57,856 nt of DNA from Salisapilia sapeloensis CBS 127946 (Eukaryota > Protista > Oomycota), in assembly GCA_023334545.1 (NCBI GenBank), contig JAADVB010000109.1, forward strand, positions 1 through 57,856. Reading direction: 5' to 3'. A model generated the notes under the pieces. That model did not search any database and had not been told where the DNA came from. It saw only the letters and a program-made list of their open reading frames with translations. The position numbers and the translations under genes were made by a program. Position 1 is the first letter of the stretch. Each line of letters starts with the position of its first letter. Positions 35,301 through 45,050 of the stretch are shown piece after piece.

Positions 35301-35324
35301 GGCGCCTGACACTGTACGCTCCAT
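32307..35324 (-). CDS. Anoctamin/TMEM16 family channel/scramblase
   Basis: QPIDEVAQYYGEKVAFYFAWM, ENHRTES.Y..HLILK.F.F.FV..F.SLYYYAF, YDTFEDFTEMMIQFGYVTFFS.AFPLAPLLA..NN.VE.R.DAFKL. Confidence 0.95.
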   Translation of the reverse strand: MERTVSGALDEILGGQAPITSKRNSIDTPHRSSSTTSASRYRQKSGKALLRSGDHHPAGRDEWMNVERTKSAGTIEKPPRAIRHATLDQSKNKQIRAAVQSQFDKDKGKARLQTAHQDNLDTIDVNSPFPRPLPPASRRDNRLQRRRSQLQLEVREKVFSERPKVDSPEHFQCADKAHTNEAQEQSNQLEDAGLNAPDKKDELRRRRTEADDAIEAPITTSEDGEFDFAILLKPSKYEEHLEMPGNHSPTRRDSSSKKPSPTKRMSLVATSALNRSKKTKTNARKSIVDQIKKTGLQVKRLLSLDGKQSLLKVRAPQHILELGAERMRMRKRRQHDQSWMEFSCELRATFADYDAIRDEVHFIDSEKQSIVHMLLTSDNGGAGLNDFSSLKSKYVVQMFPLHKHNLEVLRRNWVTYWKSPFDFQSEIKDPISPTHSNKPPKLCCNIWPERLIRHVLYQPIDEVAQYYGEKVAFYFAWMEMYTRWLIAPSAVGILLFVYQVRSWSLDHPIAPLYAIFMALWTSAFQIAWKRRAAALAFRWGTLGYEDEEITRPEFYGTPVPGHGGEKHYPQWKRYLKYLVTFPCVLISVVVVMLIALAAFATRDRLQDASLHASTEEADRTKSSTFSQGLTLENLKRLSQLPLSSSFWFYFLITPMLYGLLIPLFDYLFTRFARMLTNWENHRTESMYRSHLILKDFSFRFVHVFASLYYYAFATPNSKVADVAGTKANEVSDESRLLRLAIQLASFMIAGQIWKNIMVTLFPFIRRQLQREKKKDETNKQFHRSPVFNPSHSIRSRRGNAELSRCSQRSTDVRFQHAVIQEQCVRLEQASDTAWEEAQLQSYDTFEDFTEMMIQFGYVTFFSLAFPLAPLLAFINNVVELRTDAFKLCHTRQRPIARRASGIGVWARVLEAMSVLAVLTNCLHIAFTTTQAEELLPANTPVAVKVWIVFAVEHLLLGLKVWMATVVPAMPVDVRRKLRQERETAKAESARAMAVKMQQAAATSKC

Positions 35325-35474
35325 GCTGGAGACTATAACACAAGAAGGATGTTGGAGAAAGTTTCAAAGTGTTCGCTGTGCAGTGAAACCAATATCGTTT
35401 CAGTTTCCTTGAATATAAAACGAAAGAGTCAAGTAGAAATGTATTCATGGTTCATTATCTTTGTCAATGCTACA

Positions 35475-37646
35475 TTACCATGCAAATATCTCTTTGTGGA
35501 AGCAGTATCCGTGCTGCTTTGCAAGTCGTTGCGCTTCCAAAGTCAACGTTTCCGGTCCACAGGCCACCACGAGAACATCCTTCTTTCCACCAAATCGTTC
35601 TGCGTTCACCAATTCATCCAGTACCGGACGTCCTGCTCGGTAAGAAAACATCGTGCCATGTGAGTTCTCAATTGAGCCGTTGTCAATTTCCTGAGATGCA
35701 TGACATGTCCAATGCACTTGGCTTTTGCCGACCTGTCCTTCCAAATCATTGTTGTCCAAAACAACTTTCTCTGCAGCCAGATCATCGGACTCGGAAGGTA
35801 GGAAGGCATCTGCCATGAGCAAATCTTCTCGTCGCTTCACCGACCACAAAACATGCACATCTGCTAGGCTACCACGACCATTGTGGAGGATGGAAAGAAT
35901 GGGTGTGATGCCGACGCCTCCTGCAATAAGCACAAGCGTGCCAAAGTTCTTCGGATCCCACTTCATTCGTCCATAAGGACCCCACAGTCGAATGTTTAGA
36001 GTTTCCTTATTTGATGATCCATGCAGCAACTTCTTCGTGTAGGTTTCTTCGCCCATATTCTTGACGCAGAAGCCGATTGAATCGCGTGCTCTTGTCGGCA
36101 CGGCCGTGAATGGATGCCACTCGAGCGGATGAACCGAAGGAACGTGCAACCAGTAGAAGGAGCCAGGTTGAATCTTGCCGGCAAGCACTGCAGTCTCGTG
36201 ACTGGGAGTCAAGACCAAAGTCGTTGTCTGGGAATGTTCATGAATGGAAACTTGGGCTTCAGCGGTCTTGCTGTTCAAACTGGTCCATGACAGCAAGATA
36301 CCGAAGGCGTATAGCGCAAGTGGAACGGCCAAGAGTGGTCCAGTGTACGACGAAGCGTGTAAGATCACCAGCACGAAGATGGCGATGGAGAGTACTCGAT
36401 GGATAAAGTAGAAAATGTGGTAAAAGTTGCGACGCACAGGTCCACTAGCCGAAAGTCCCATCACCACGATGCAAATGAATGCAATGGTGCCGTAGAATGG
36501 AGTCGCATTGCCGATTTGGGTGGTGGAAAAGAAGTTGGCAACCTTGGTAGCTAAGAGACCGTGGACGAGAGCTGCCGGTACAATCGCCATTCCCATCCAT
36601 CGATGAAACTTAACCATTCGCTCAAAGGACGAATCGAAGACTACTCCCCACAGTGGTTGAATCTTGGTGACGGGTAGAATCAAGAATGTCAAGATGAGCA
36701 GAGCGACGTGACCACTGGTAATTTGCTTATCTTCATGGCCAATGTCAACAAGGACGGATATGAGCACTGCGACTAAGAAAACGAGCAGTAGCAACGTTTG
36801 TGCCAGCTCCAAGTCTGCTAGAGTTGTGCGGACGACGTCACATAGCGCAGTGGCGAAGCTCGATGGCTTTCTCACGTCAGATGGTGTGGACACAATGGTG
36901 ACGTGACGCAACGCTCTCTTCAGCTTTGCGCTTTTGCTTGAGGCATATGTCAAGGCCATACCACCGATAAGCATTACAACAAAGGTAACCGCACTGATCA
37001 ATGCAGTGCAGTTGTGTGTGCTACAGAACGGCGATTCAGTGGCAAGGGCTGTGCCAGCTCCAGCGCTGTAAGTAGCGGTGCCGTAGGTGCCTGCCGCATG
37101 AGATGCGATGGGCCATTTGTCGGCGTACGCCCAGATAAAGCTGTTCGAACCGGAGCTTGTAGCTTCGATCGCAACGTCGCTCGATGTAGTCGCTTTCAAA
37201 GGCCTTTGGACCGTAAAGCTCAGGCTGCCGTCACTAAGCTTACCAGCCTTGTAGACAGAGTAGCCAGCTTTGGCTTCGTTCGACTCGGTGACACCGCTGC
37301 TACTTTGAGCAGTAATCACGTAGGGAGCAACGCTATCGTCCTTCTTATTGTAGAAGAGCACGTTCGCAGATGGAGAGCTGACCATGTGCATCCCACGAGA
37401 GACGCCGACGGCGAACCATTCGGCCGAAGAAGACACGCTGGCATCCAAGGTGTACTCAAGGCAGATCTGGTCGCCGATGACGAGGGAGCGAATGCTAATT
37501 GGCGTACCACTACCACCTAATTTGGCAGTAGGTTGCTTGGCAAAGGACGGACTGGAGCAGACACTGGCCGCGCTGCTGGAAGACGATTGCGCGTAGATAG
37601 ACGGTAGCAATATGCCACATAGCAACGGTAGGATTGAAAACTTCAT
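35475..37646 (-). CDS. Signal peptide + DOMON domain + ferric reductase-like TM, FAD- and NAD(P)H-binding domains
   Basis: MKFSILPLLC signal; EWFAVGVS..M DOMON; heme His pairs (FHRW, LVHG, IHRV, ILHA); EWHPFT, GPYG, LIAGGVGITP, ACGPE, HKEIFAW. Confidence 0.9.
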   Translation of the reverse strand: MKFSILPLLCGILLPSIYAQSSSSSAASVCSSPSFAKQPTAKLGGSGTPISIRSLVIGDQICLEYTLDASVSSSAEWFAVGVSRGMHMVSSPSANVLFYNKKDDSVAPYVITAQSSSGVTESNEAKAGYSVYKAGKLSDGSLSFTVQRPLKATTSSDVAIEATSSGSNSFIWAYADKWPIASHAAGTYGTATYSAGAGTALATESPFCSTHNCTALISAVTFVVMLIGGMALTYASSKSAKLKRALRHVTIVSTPSDVRKPSSFATALCDVVRTTLADLELAQTLLLLVFLVAVLISVLVDIGHEDKQITSGHVALLILTFLILPVTKIQPLWGVVFDSSFERMVKFHRWMGMAIVPAALVHGLLATKVANFFSTTQIGNATPFYGTIAFICIVVMGLSASGPVRRNFYHIFYFIHRVLSIAIFVLVILHASSYTGPLLAVPLALYAFGILLSWTSLNSKTAEAQVSIHEHSQTTTLVLTPSHETAVLAGKIQPGSFYWLHVPSVHPLEWHPFTAVPTRARDSIGFCVKNMGEETYTKKLLHGSSNKETLNIRLWGPYGRMKWDPKNFGTLVLIAGGVGITPILSILHNGRGSLADVHVLWSVKRREDLLMADAFLPSESDDLAAEKVVLDNNDLEGQVGKSQVHWTCHASQEIDNGSIENSHGTMFSYRAGRPVLDELVNAERFGGKKDVLVVACGPETLTLEAQRLAKQHGYCFHKEIFAW

Positions 37647-38326
37647 GCCGGACTCGTCGACAAAATGAAACTGAGTTGGTGCACTCGGTCTTAGCAGTGG
37701 GTGGATTGAGGGTTCGTTCAAGCGGTGTTTGACGTAGGACACTGAATGGTTTTCTGTAGCTGAAAATGACCACTCGTGCGGCTAGAGAGCACTTGACAGA
37801 TGGGCTCCGACATGATTAAATATAGAACTGCCAAACGCTTTGCGTATGACACTTGCGGGCATATATTCCTCAAAGATAAGTCGCCATACCGTCGAAAAAA
37901 CGCAGCTCCAACTATTCTCTTTTATCGACTAACAGATCCTCAGACGACATGACAATTATGCTCGGGAGTTTCCATGTGGGCAGTAAACAGTCGTTTATCG
38001 TGATAGATCGATGCAAAATGGCTCAAAATATGCCAAATAGCGGGCGCTAGTTGCTTGAAATGTACAGGAATAAGTGTATTGAAAAGCAGAAGAACGCTTT
38101 CTTTCCTGCGGCATCTCCAGCTTGATCCACTGGTCGGTGAATGCGATTCTGAACTACGGTGCTGGTAGCGTGCACGTACCACGTGCGTAGCATCTGTCTT
38201 TCGCTTCAAGATAACTTCAATCTTGACTGTCTTTGCTTCAATGTATCTTCGGATCTAGAGCTCATAACTATCTCAGCGATACATATTCGACTGCTGTCTT
38301 TAAGCTGCTTGCTACTACTGGTATCG

Positions 38327-38763
38327 CTAGTGGATAGACAGAGGTGACATGGACAAATTTGCGACGGCGACGCAGGATATGGCAATGCTTCTCTGAAAAG
38401 AAAGGCACAAATCCACGACGAGCGATGCCGTTGCGATCTTTCTAACAAGTAAGCTCCGGTCCTTCGTACATTCGAGAATTCGCATGCATGAATGAGAATA
38501 GAACTCCTCTACTCTAAATTTAAGCGTAGACTCCAAACATAATTTTTTGTCTAAACCATCTCCAATGTCTATATCGTCATTCTAACAAGTCGAATCGCTC
38601 ATGAGTGAGTGGAAATATCTAGTGCAGATAAAGAAGTGTAAAAGGGGAGAGTTGCTACACAAGGCTGTTCGATGTTAATCGTTCTAGTCAATAAACACAA
38701 ATAGGATATGAGGTCCACTAGGCGAATTCTTTGGACAGAATTCTTTATGCATGTGTTATCCAT
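38327..38763 (-). pseudogene. Possible degraded cyclin-box relic
   Basis: Interrupted fragments RIRLVDLI..QPCVAT / TLLYLH*IF / LESTLKFRVE / SLVVDLCLSF..IAISCVAVA loosely resemble transcriptional cyclins. The similarity is weak and judged by eye. Confidence 0.25.
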
Positions 38764-38971
38764 AAAGCAGATCCTGCTTTCTCCATTTTCTATTGCAGAG
38801 CATATCTATAAAAGATGTCGAATATCTTTTTCTTTGAGATATGATCAAAGGCACACGAGAACTCGAAAAGAAGAGATCAATACAAACAAATACATGCTTA
38901 CTTCCGATTCTACTCTGAGATTAGCAAGGGAATAAAATGGTAAAGGTACAGGCTATAAAGGAAAAAATCTG

Positions 38972-40267
38972 CTACTTGCGTAGCGAGTGGATCGACAGGA
39001 TAGCCACAGACGAGATTGCTACAGCGGCGATGGATATTCCTATGGTTGTCTTAAAAGCATCAGGCAAATCGATGACGAGAGGAGCTTTAGCCTGCTGCGG
39101 CTCAGCCGGTTGTGTCTGTTCTTCTTCCTCTTCTTCCTCTTCTTCTGCAGGTGGGAAGATAATTCCGGAACGGAGGTCACGGAGAATCAATAGATACTAT
39201 ATGCAGAGGTAAGTCACGAGTGAGAAAAAGTTGTAAAGCTCGTGTGCATACCTCCAGATCACCAAAGCATACATCCTTATAATACACCATCAGCTGCAGC
39301 ACATTGATTGCAAGCTGGTCCAGCTTGCCATTATTCTGTTGCGAAGCCTACAATCGATATAGTATCTTTCTATCAACATAGAGTTATATATACATACCAT
39401 AAACTCCATTCCGGACGCTTCGCTAAGTACTTTGACATGCTCTTCTTCCAATACACGAGCGAGTTCATCGTGCCCGTAGACGAGCGCTGTTTCATGCCAA
39501 AGGTTTACAAGTCGATATAGACAATGGCGTTCATCTGTCTCGAGTCGATGCAACATATCGTTCATGGTCACGAGCGTCTCTAGCGATGGAGGAATAGCTA
39601 AAGATACGTGCATCAGGTATGGTTTGTGGTACGTGTAGACTTCCGGCGGAACGAGTGAGCCACGAAGGTTGCGAAAGCTCACTGCTACGAGCTCTTGGAG
39701 CACAGTCGCAGCTTCGGCTACCGTCATGGCAGTGAGATTTGTCTCCAGCACTTCCAATGGCGTCTCCATCAAGTCGTCTGCGATGATCGAACCGGCGTAC
39801 GAGGACGAAACGGAGGAAGCGGACGGACTGGTATTGTTGTTGCTAGAATCATGGGCGAATCCTTGGTACTCGCCTCGCTCCTTTTGCGCTTTCTCAAGTA
39901 AATGGACGTACAGGATCTTGCACCGGCGCTTAATCGTACTATTCGTCGGTGCAGGTTCGCAGCTCACGAGTTGTTTCGAGCGTGTGAGCTGATAAAGAGC
40001 TGTGAGTACAGACGACAGTACTTGCATGCACGAGCCAAAGACAGCTGCACGTGTAGCCTCCTTATTAGCCGTTGGTTGTGGCGGTCCAGAGGACTGTCTA
40101 GGTGGCATGTGGCCCATAAAGTCGAGATTTGGAGGCGACTTGGACGTAAATGAGTTCTGCGAGAACGTCCGCTGCGGTTTATACAGCGTCTGCTGATTAT
40201 CGTCATCTAGCTCTGGAGATGTCGGTGACATCTTCTGATACGACCTGGACTGCCATCGTGTCTGCAT
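38972..40267 (-). CDS. Hypothetical helical protein, possibly degenerate RhoGAP-like, with acidic run and C-terminal TM anchor (3 exons)
   Basis: Two GT-AG introns join ORF 39290-40267 in frame to ..QLMVYYKDVCFGDLE|YLLILRDLRSG..IGISIAAVAISSVAILSIHSLRK. The RhoGAP resemblance (AVFG, SLVP..Y) is weak. Confidence 0.65.
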
Positions 40268-40557
40268 GTCCGTCTCCTTTTTTTAGAAAATGATCCGGAC
40301 CGTGGATAGAAGATATGTACGTCGTTTCATGATCTTGAAACCACTCCTCATGTATGGAGAGCATTCTTTTCCACGGCGGTATGCAGGCATTATTAAACGT
40401 CTGACCTCTACGGTCGAGAGTGTGTTCAGTAAATGAGTGGTAGAGCGTCTGCGGTACAAAAAGCATGGGAGAGGGGACATGTAGATGTACGATAATCTCG
40501 AAGGACAAAAATCGATTAGACTGGTTAAAAGGCGACAGCTATTTCGAGTTCGATCTA

Positions 40558-41802
40558 CTAGTCGATCTTCAGGATGAGATCAATGATAGATAAACAGGTT
40601 CCACCGAAGTCGATGTGTGTAAGACCGCCAGAGTATGGCGTCGTGATGTTTAATGCGGCCATGCCTTCTGCGAAGAGAGGGTACTCGGTTGCAAACGGAC
40701 CATCCGCCGTGATGTAGAACGTCTGGTTGCCTCCGCCCATGACACTGTGGACCATGTCCGTGAGAGCAGAGAACGTCTGAGTGTTTGGTGGTACGATCTG
40801 GCTAATCATCTGCGTCGACTCGCCTCGAGGGATACCGACCGAACCGTTCGTGAGTGCATACCCAATGTACTTGTCTTCATAGTGCATGGTCAGGTTAAGC
40901 TGTCCGATGCCGTTGAGCCCGAGCGTTCCGGGGTTCGACATCGTCGTATTGATCGAGATCTCATACCCATCTTTTGGGCAGTTGTGCAAGTTCAGCAAAT
41001 TGATAACTGGTGGAGGAGTCGAGAACTGGTTAAAGCCTTCCATCTTGAAAGTCCGGTCGAACGTGACGCCACTTCGAGAGAGCCCGAGCGAGTGCGGCGT
41101 GATATGTGACTCGAGAGTCATGTCGATACTCTCTTGTGTAATCAACGCGACATTCATCTTGCCAAAGTGTTCTTTATCCGTGACGTTCACACGAGCGGAG
41201 AAGTTGTCAATGTCCCACTTGAGGCGATCTTCTTCGACAATGACTTCGGGCATGTCGATCGTGCCGAATTTTTTGCCTTCCCACAACAAGTCCCCTTGCG
41301 TCGCTTCGACGACTGCGTGGAAGTTGCCTTCGTGAGTAAAGTGAAGGCTGACGATGGTGTCAAAGCCGTCGTCGTCGATCTTCATGATGTCCATGCTGTT
41401 GACATCGAGTGTGACTTGATTGGCAAACATTTGGAAGACGGCATCGATGACAGGGAACCATACGATGAGGAAGACGACGAGGAGGAAGAGGACGATGGAC
41501 GTGATGAGAGTGATGATAAACGACTTCTTGGTCATGTAGCAGCAGCAGTACTTGCGCTTGAAAGAATCTGGTGAGCCAGGGGCAGGCACAAAGGAGGTTC
41601 CACGCTTGTTTGCTGCCGGTTGCTCGACTTTGGCCGGAGCAGGCTCCGTAGCGGCCGGTCTTGGCGTCGTCGCGCCATTCTGATACGCCGGACTAGCTGC
41701 CGGCGATCGCGCATCGCCATCCTCACGCACTGGTGTGGCAATGTCGCCCTGATACGGCTGTGGGCTACTGACCTCTGGGGTGATTGGCTCTCGGTCCGTC
41801 AT
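40558..41802 (-). CDS. DUF3712 / LEA_2-like type II membrane protein
   Basis: Pro-rich N-terminus, CCC + TM helix, FGTIDMPEV, F.R...MEGFN.F, NTTMSNPG.LGL.GIG.LNL.M.Y. First in-frame ATG used. Confidence 0.75.
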   Translation of the reverse strand: MTDREPITPEVSSPQPYQGDIATPVREDGDARSPAASPAYQNGATTPRPAATEPAPAKVEQPAANKRGTSFVPAPGSPDSFKRKYCCCYMTKKSFIITLITSIVLFLLVVFLIVWFPVIDAVFQMFANQVTLDVNSMDIMKIDDDGFDTIVSLHFTHEGNFHAVVEATQGDLLWEGKKFGTIDMPEVIVEEDRLKWDIDNFSARVNVTDKEHFGKMNVALITQESIDMTLESHITPHSLGLSRSGVTFDRTFKMEGFNQFSTPPPVINLLNLHNCPKDGYEISINTTMSNPGTLGLNGIGQLNLTMHYEDKYIGYALTNGSVGIPRGESTQMISQIVPPNTQTFSALTDMVHSVMGGGNQTFYITADGPFATEYPLFAEGMAALNITTPYSGGLTHIDFGGTCLSIIDLILKID

Positions 41803-42384
41803 ACTCACTTCTTCCTTTGCCGGCAAAATGTGGTCTGAGCGAGATGATCGACCGCTCTTTGCCACATACCGACGTGCACGGAACTGCGGAACCAGCTTGA
41901 AGTTAGTAACTTGATTCGGACAGCTCTGCTATGCGTAAGCAAGGAAGTGGACATAAAGTTATGACGAAATGGAGAAGTAATGAAGTGATGCAACGATGGG
42001 CAGACCGGCAGGTGGGCGGTCGAAAGGAAGAGTAGGCTAGTGATCCTCGTCCAGTCATGCTCGTCTAATATAAATCAGAGATTTTGACGCGAATATAAGT
42101 CTCATATATCGTGCACGACCATGTTCACTTGAAGAAGGGAGAGGAGGAGGGTACAGTGGGATCGGGTACGACTTGGTCTTTCGTCGAAATTGCCGGTCGA
42201 GTACTAGGGTGCTAGCATGCTCTGAACATCGAAAGCAACATCCTGATCGACGTGTGTTCAAGAGTTTCGATCTGAGCACAGAAAGATAGACACAAACGAG
42301 ATACAGTGCGTGGTCAGGATCGAAACCAAGTGGTTGACGCGCTGGTTCTTTTTCCGAGTCGCGTCAAGGAATCAGAATATCGAA

Positions 42385-43344
42385 ATGGAAGGATCCAGTG
42401 CGATTGGGGCCGATGTGCCGGATATGGCCGACCACGTTGTCATCGTCACGGGCGCCAACTCCGGTGTCGGTTTCCAGACGACCAAGATCTTTGTTCATGC
42501 CCATGCACACGTCGTACTAGCATGTCGGAGCCAAGCGCGAGCACAAGATGCGATGGCGATCATTCGACAAGAAGTGGATGCAGATGCACGTCTCGACTTT
42601 ATACCTTTAGATTTAATGGACATCGCTAGCGTACATGCCTTTGCCGAAAGCTTTAAAGCCAAGTACAATCGTCTCGATGTGCTCGTGAACAATGGTGGCG
42701 TACTACTCCCAACAACGAAGTTCACACAGGACGGATGGGAGATGCATTTTGCTGTCAACTACCTCGGTCATTTCGAATTAACCAACGAGCTCTTCGACAT
42801 GTTAGTCCGATCGCCAGGTACAAGTCGTATCGTTAGTGTCAGTAGTCTCATCCATCACGCTGCATCCTTGGACCTTGATACAGTCATTTGGTCTCGACCG
42901 AACAAGTGGATGTACGTGAATGAATACAGCGTTTCGAAACTCGCCGCTCTGCTCTTCACGTATGAATTAGACAGACGAATTCGACGCTATGGGTTAGAAG
43001 AGAAAGTCATGGCGGTGGCAGCTCATCCAGGCGTTACGAACACAGAACTCATTCCAAAGCTCATTGCATCCGTCGTCGGCGAGTTCTGTGTCCCGATCGT
43101 AGAAACGATTTTGAACTGGGTCCCGATATGTCAAGAAGCAGAGAAAGCAGCACTACCGATCGTCTACGCTGCGACACACGCGTCCGTTGCAAGTGGTGAC
43201 TATTATGGTCCGAATGGTTTTGGAGGTATACATGGCGATGGAGTTAAGAAAGAGGAATCGAGTGCTGCTAGTCATAACGAACAAGATGCGATCAGGTTGT
43301 GGGAAGTGAGTGAAGACGCTCTGATGCATGAGTTTAAGATTTGA
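42385..43344 (+). CDS. Short-chain dehydrogenase/reductase (retinol dehydrogenase/WWOX-like)
   Basis: VIVTGANSGVG, LDLMD..SV..FA, LDVLVNNGGV, FAVNYLGHF.LT, RIVSVSS, YSVSK, HPGV.NTEL. Confidence 0.93.
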   Translation: MEGSSAIGADVPDMADHVVIVTGANSGVGFQTTKIFVHAHAHVVLACRSQARAQDAMAIIRQEVDADARLDFIPLDLMDIASVHAFAESFKAKYNRLDVLVNNGGVLLPTTKFTQDGWEMHFAVNYLGHFELTNELFDMLVRSPGTSRIVSVSSLIHHAASLDLDTVIWSRPNKWMYVNEYSVSKLAALLFTYELDRRIRRYGLEEKVMAVAAHPGVTNTELIPKLIASVVGEFCVPIVETILNWVPICQEAEKAALPIVYAATHASVASGDYYGPNGFGGIHGDGVKKEESSAASHNEQDAIRLWEVSEDALMHEFKI

Positions 43345-43366
43345 ACTGGCGTGCATCGAGATCCTG

Positions 43367-44331
43367 TTATTCCACGTAGTCAAAGTCGTCTTTAATGCCA
43401 AGCCATTTGTCTACCTACACAGACGTTAGTTGATGGTTGCAAAATGAAAGCAGAGGAGAGGTACATCAGCAGCCGCGAGGCCTCGTTTCTGAGTAGCCCA
43501 AGTGCGTAGATTGAACACATTGTCTATAGGTACATTAGCTCCCATCTTCTATCGACAACTGGAGATGACGTACCTGTCCATCTCTCCGCTCCTTCCTTGG
43601 CTATCTTCACCTTTTGCTCTAATATCTAGGCATGAGTAGATATACTCTTGATAAGTCAATTAATACGTACCCATCTCTTCGATGACGGCCGGATCATTGT
43701 CCGCCAAGAGCTGGACTTGGGCTTCTAATTGTTGGACACGAGCTTCATCTTCTTCCAATTGCTTCATCTTCGCCTGCCTCTCTTCCTACAACACGATAAC
43801 GTGAGTCGTAGGAGCTTGGAGATGAGTCATGGAAACGAGACCAAGTTGGCCACTTTGGCACGCTCAGCAGCAATGCTTTCCTCGGTTTTTGCTAGTTTCA
43901 CTTGAGCTGTCTCTTTACGCTTTTCCAATTGAGACAACTTCCGCTTCCGCTGCATCGTTGCTTTGGATGGGAACGACCAAAAGTAGTTTGCCGAACCGAT
44001 CTACCAAGGACGATACCAGTTCTAGAGCTTTGCATTGATCATGGAGATAGAGGAACTTGCCTTGTCGTAATCGACGAGACCATCGTCTACGAGTGCCTGG
44101 TTCACATCCTTGACTGTCTGTTGGACTATGGACAAGTAGAAACGTATGCATTAAGTAGTGTCCAGCAAGTGCAAACTTTTGCCTTGAGAGGTGATAGAGC
44201 ATGGCAATCGTACCAACGCCTGCTTTCGAAGCAAGTTTCTCAATCTCCTTGAGATTATACACTTCCTTCGTTTCGTGATATATGTTGAGAATGCGATCAC
44301 GCTTCTCCTGCGCCGAGACACCTTTTGCCAT
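43367..44331 (-). CDS. MND1: Meiotic nuclear division protein 1 (multi-exon)
   Basis: KGVSAQEKR.RIL..YHETKEVYNLKEIEK, QTVKDV.Q.LVDDGLV..DKIGSANYFWSFPS, NDP, A.RWTDNVF, GI.DDFDYVE. Confidence 0.93.
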
Positions 44332-44471
44332 CGTAGACGAGTACTAGGAATGTCTTTCGAGTATTCGTCTTGTATTTTTACATTATTTTAATAAAAAAAG
44401 ACTGATTGAAAAGTAGTTACTTTTGTAGAACATCACACTTTATAACGTTAAACGATCGACTAGCTACTTGC

Positions 44472-45050
44472 TCATACGGGTACGAAGAAGTCGTAGAGTA
44501 CTTTGGGACATAGAAGCTTTCCTGGACACATATCTCGGTCTTTTGCAATTGTACTTGCAACGAGATCAATACTTTCTTGGAGAAATTTGGTCAGGAGTCT
44601 GTAGGCACTGGTGTTCTTCCGGAAGACCAGAGATAGGTCACTTGGAAGTGGTTTGCGCAAGATAGCAAAGTCGACGATTTTCGTGCAAGAGGCGCACAAA
44701 CTGCCGTCGTGCGCATCATGTGCTTCGTGGTAGAGGTTGGAAAGTAAACGTTCAAATTCCTCGTGTGTGTGCTCGACTTGCATATCCGGCTTTCTGTTCT
44801 CGATATCAGCCGTAACAGGACTTACTGCGAGTTGATTCGTTGGTAGTCTCGAAATGCACGAGTTCTGGTGCTTGAAGTACACATTGATCATGTAGAACTT
44901 TTGTCCATCTCGCTTGGTCGAGTTAACAACTCGAACAGCTTGGAGTTGTTGTAGAAACTGGCGATGTCGGGCGTACTCGCTATCGCATTGGGGTTCCATC
45001 TCTACCGTTTCAAGAGGTCGAAGTTGATGGATTGGTCTGGATGCGAACAT
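44472..45050 (-). CDS. Oomycete-type PX-like hypothetical protein
   Basis: FLQQLQAV..RDG..FY.I.VY..H..S..PT..D..VEH..EEF..L..H..C..C..LL.KFL matches my recollection of an expanded oomycete hypothetical family. Confidence 0.65.
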   Translation of the reverse strand: MFASRPIHQLRPLETVEMEPQCDSEYARHRQFLQQLQAVRVVNSTKRDGQKFYMINVYFKHQNSCISRLPTNQLAVSPVTADIENRKPDMQVEHTHEEFERLLSNLYHEAHDAHDGSLCASCTKIVDFAILRKPLPSDLSLVFRKNTSAYRLLTKFLQESIDLVASTIAKDRDMCPGKLLCPKVLYDFFVPV

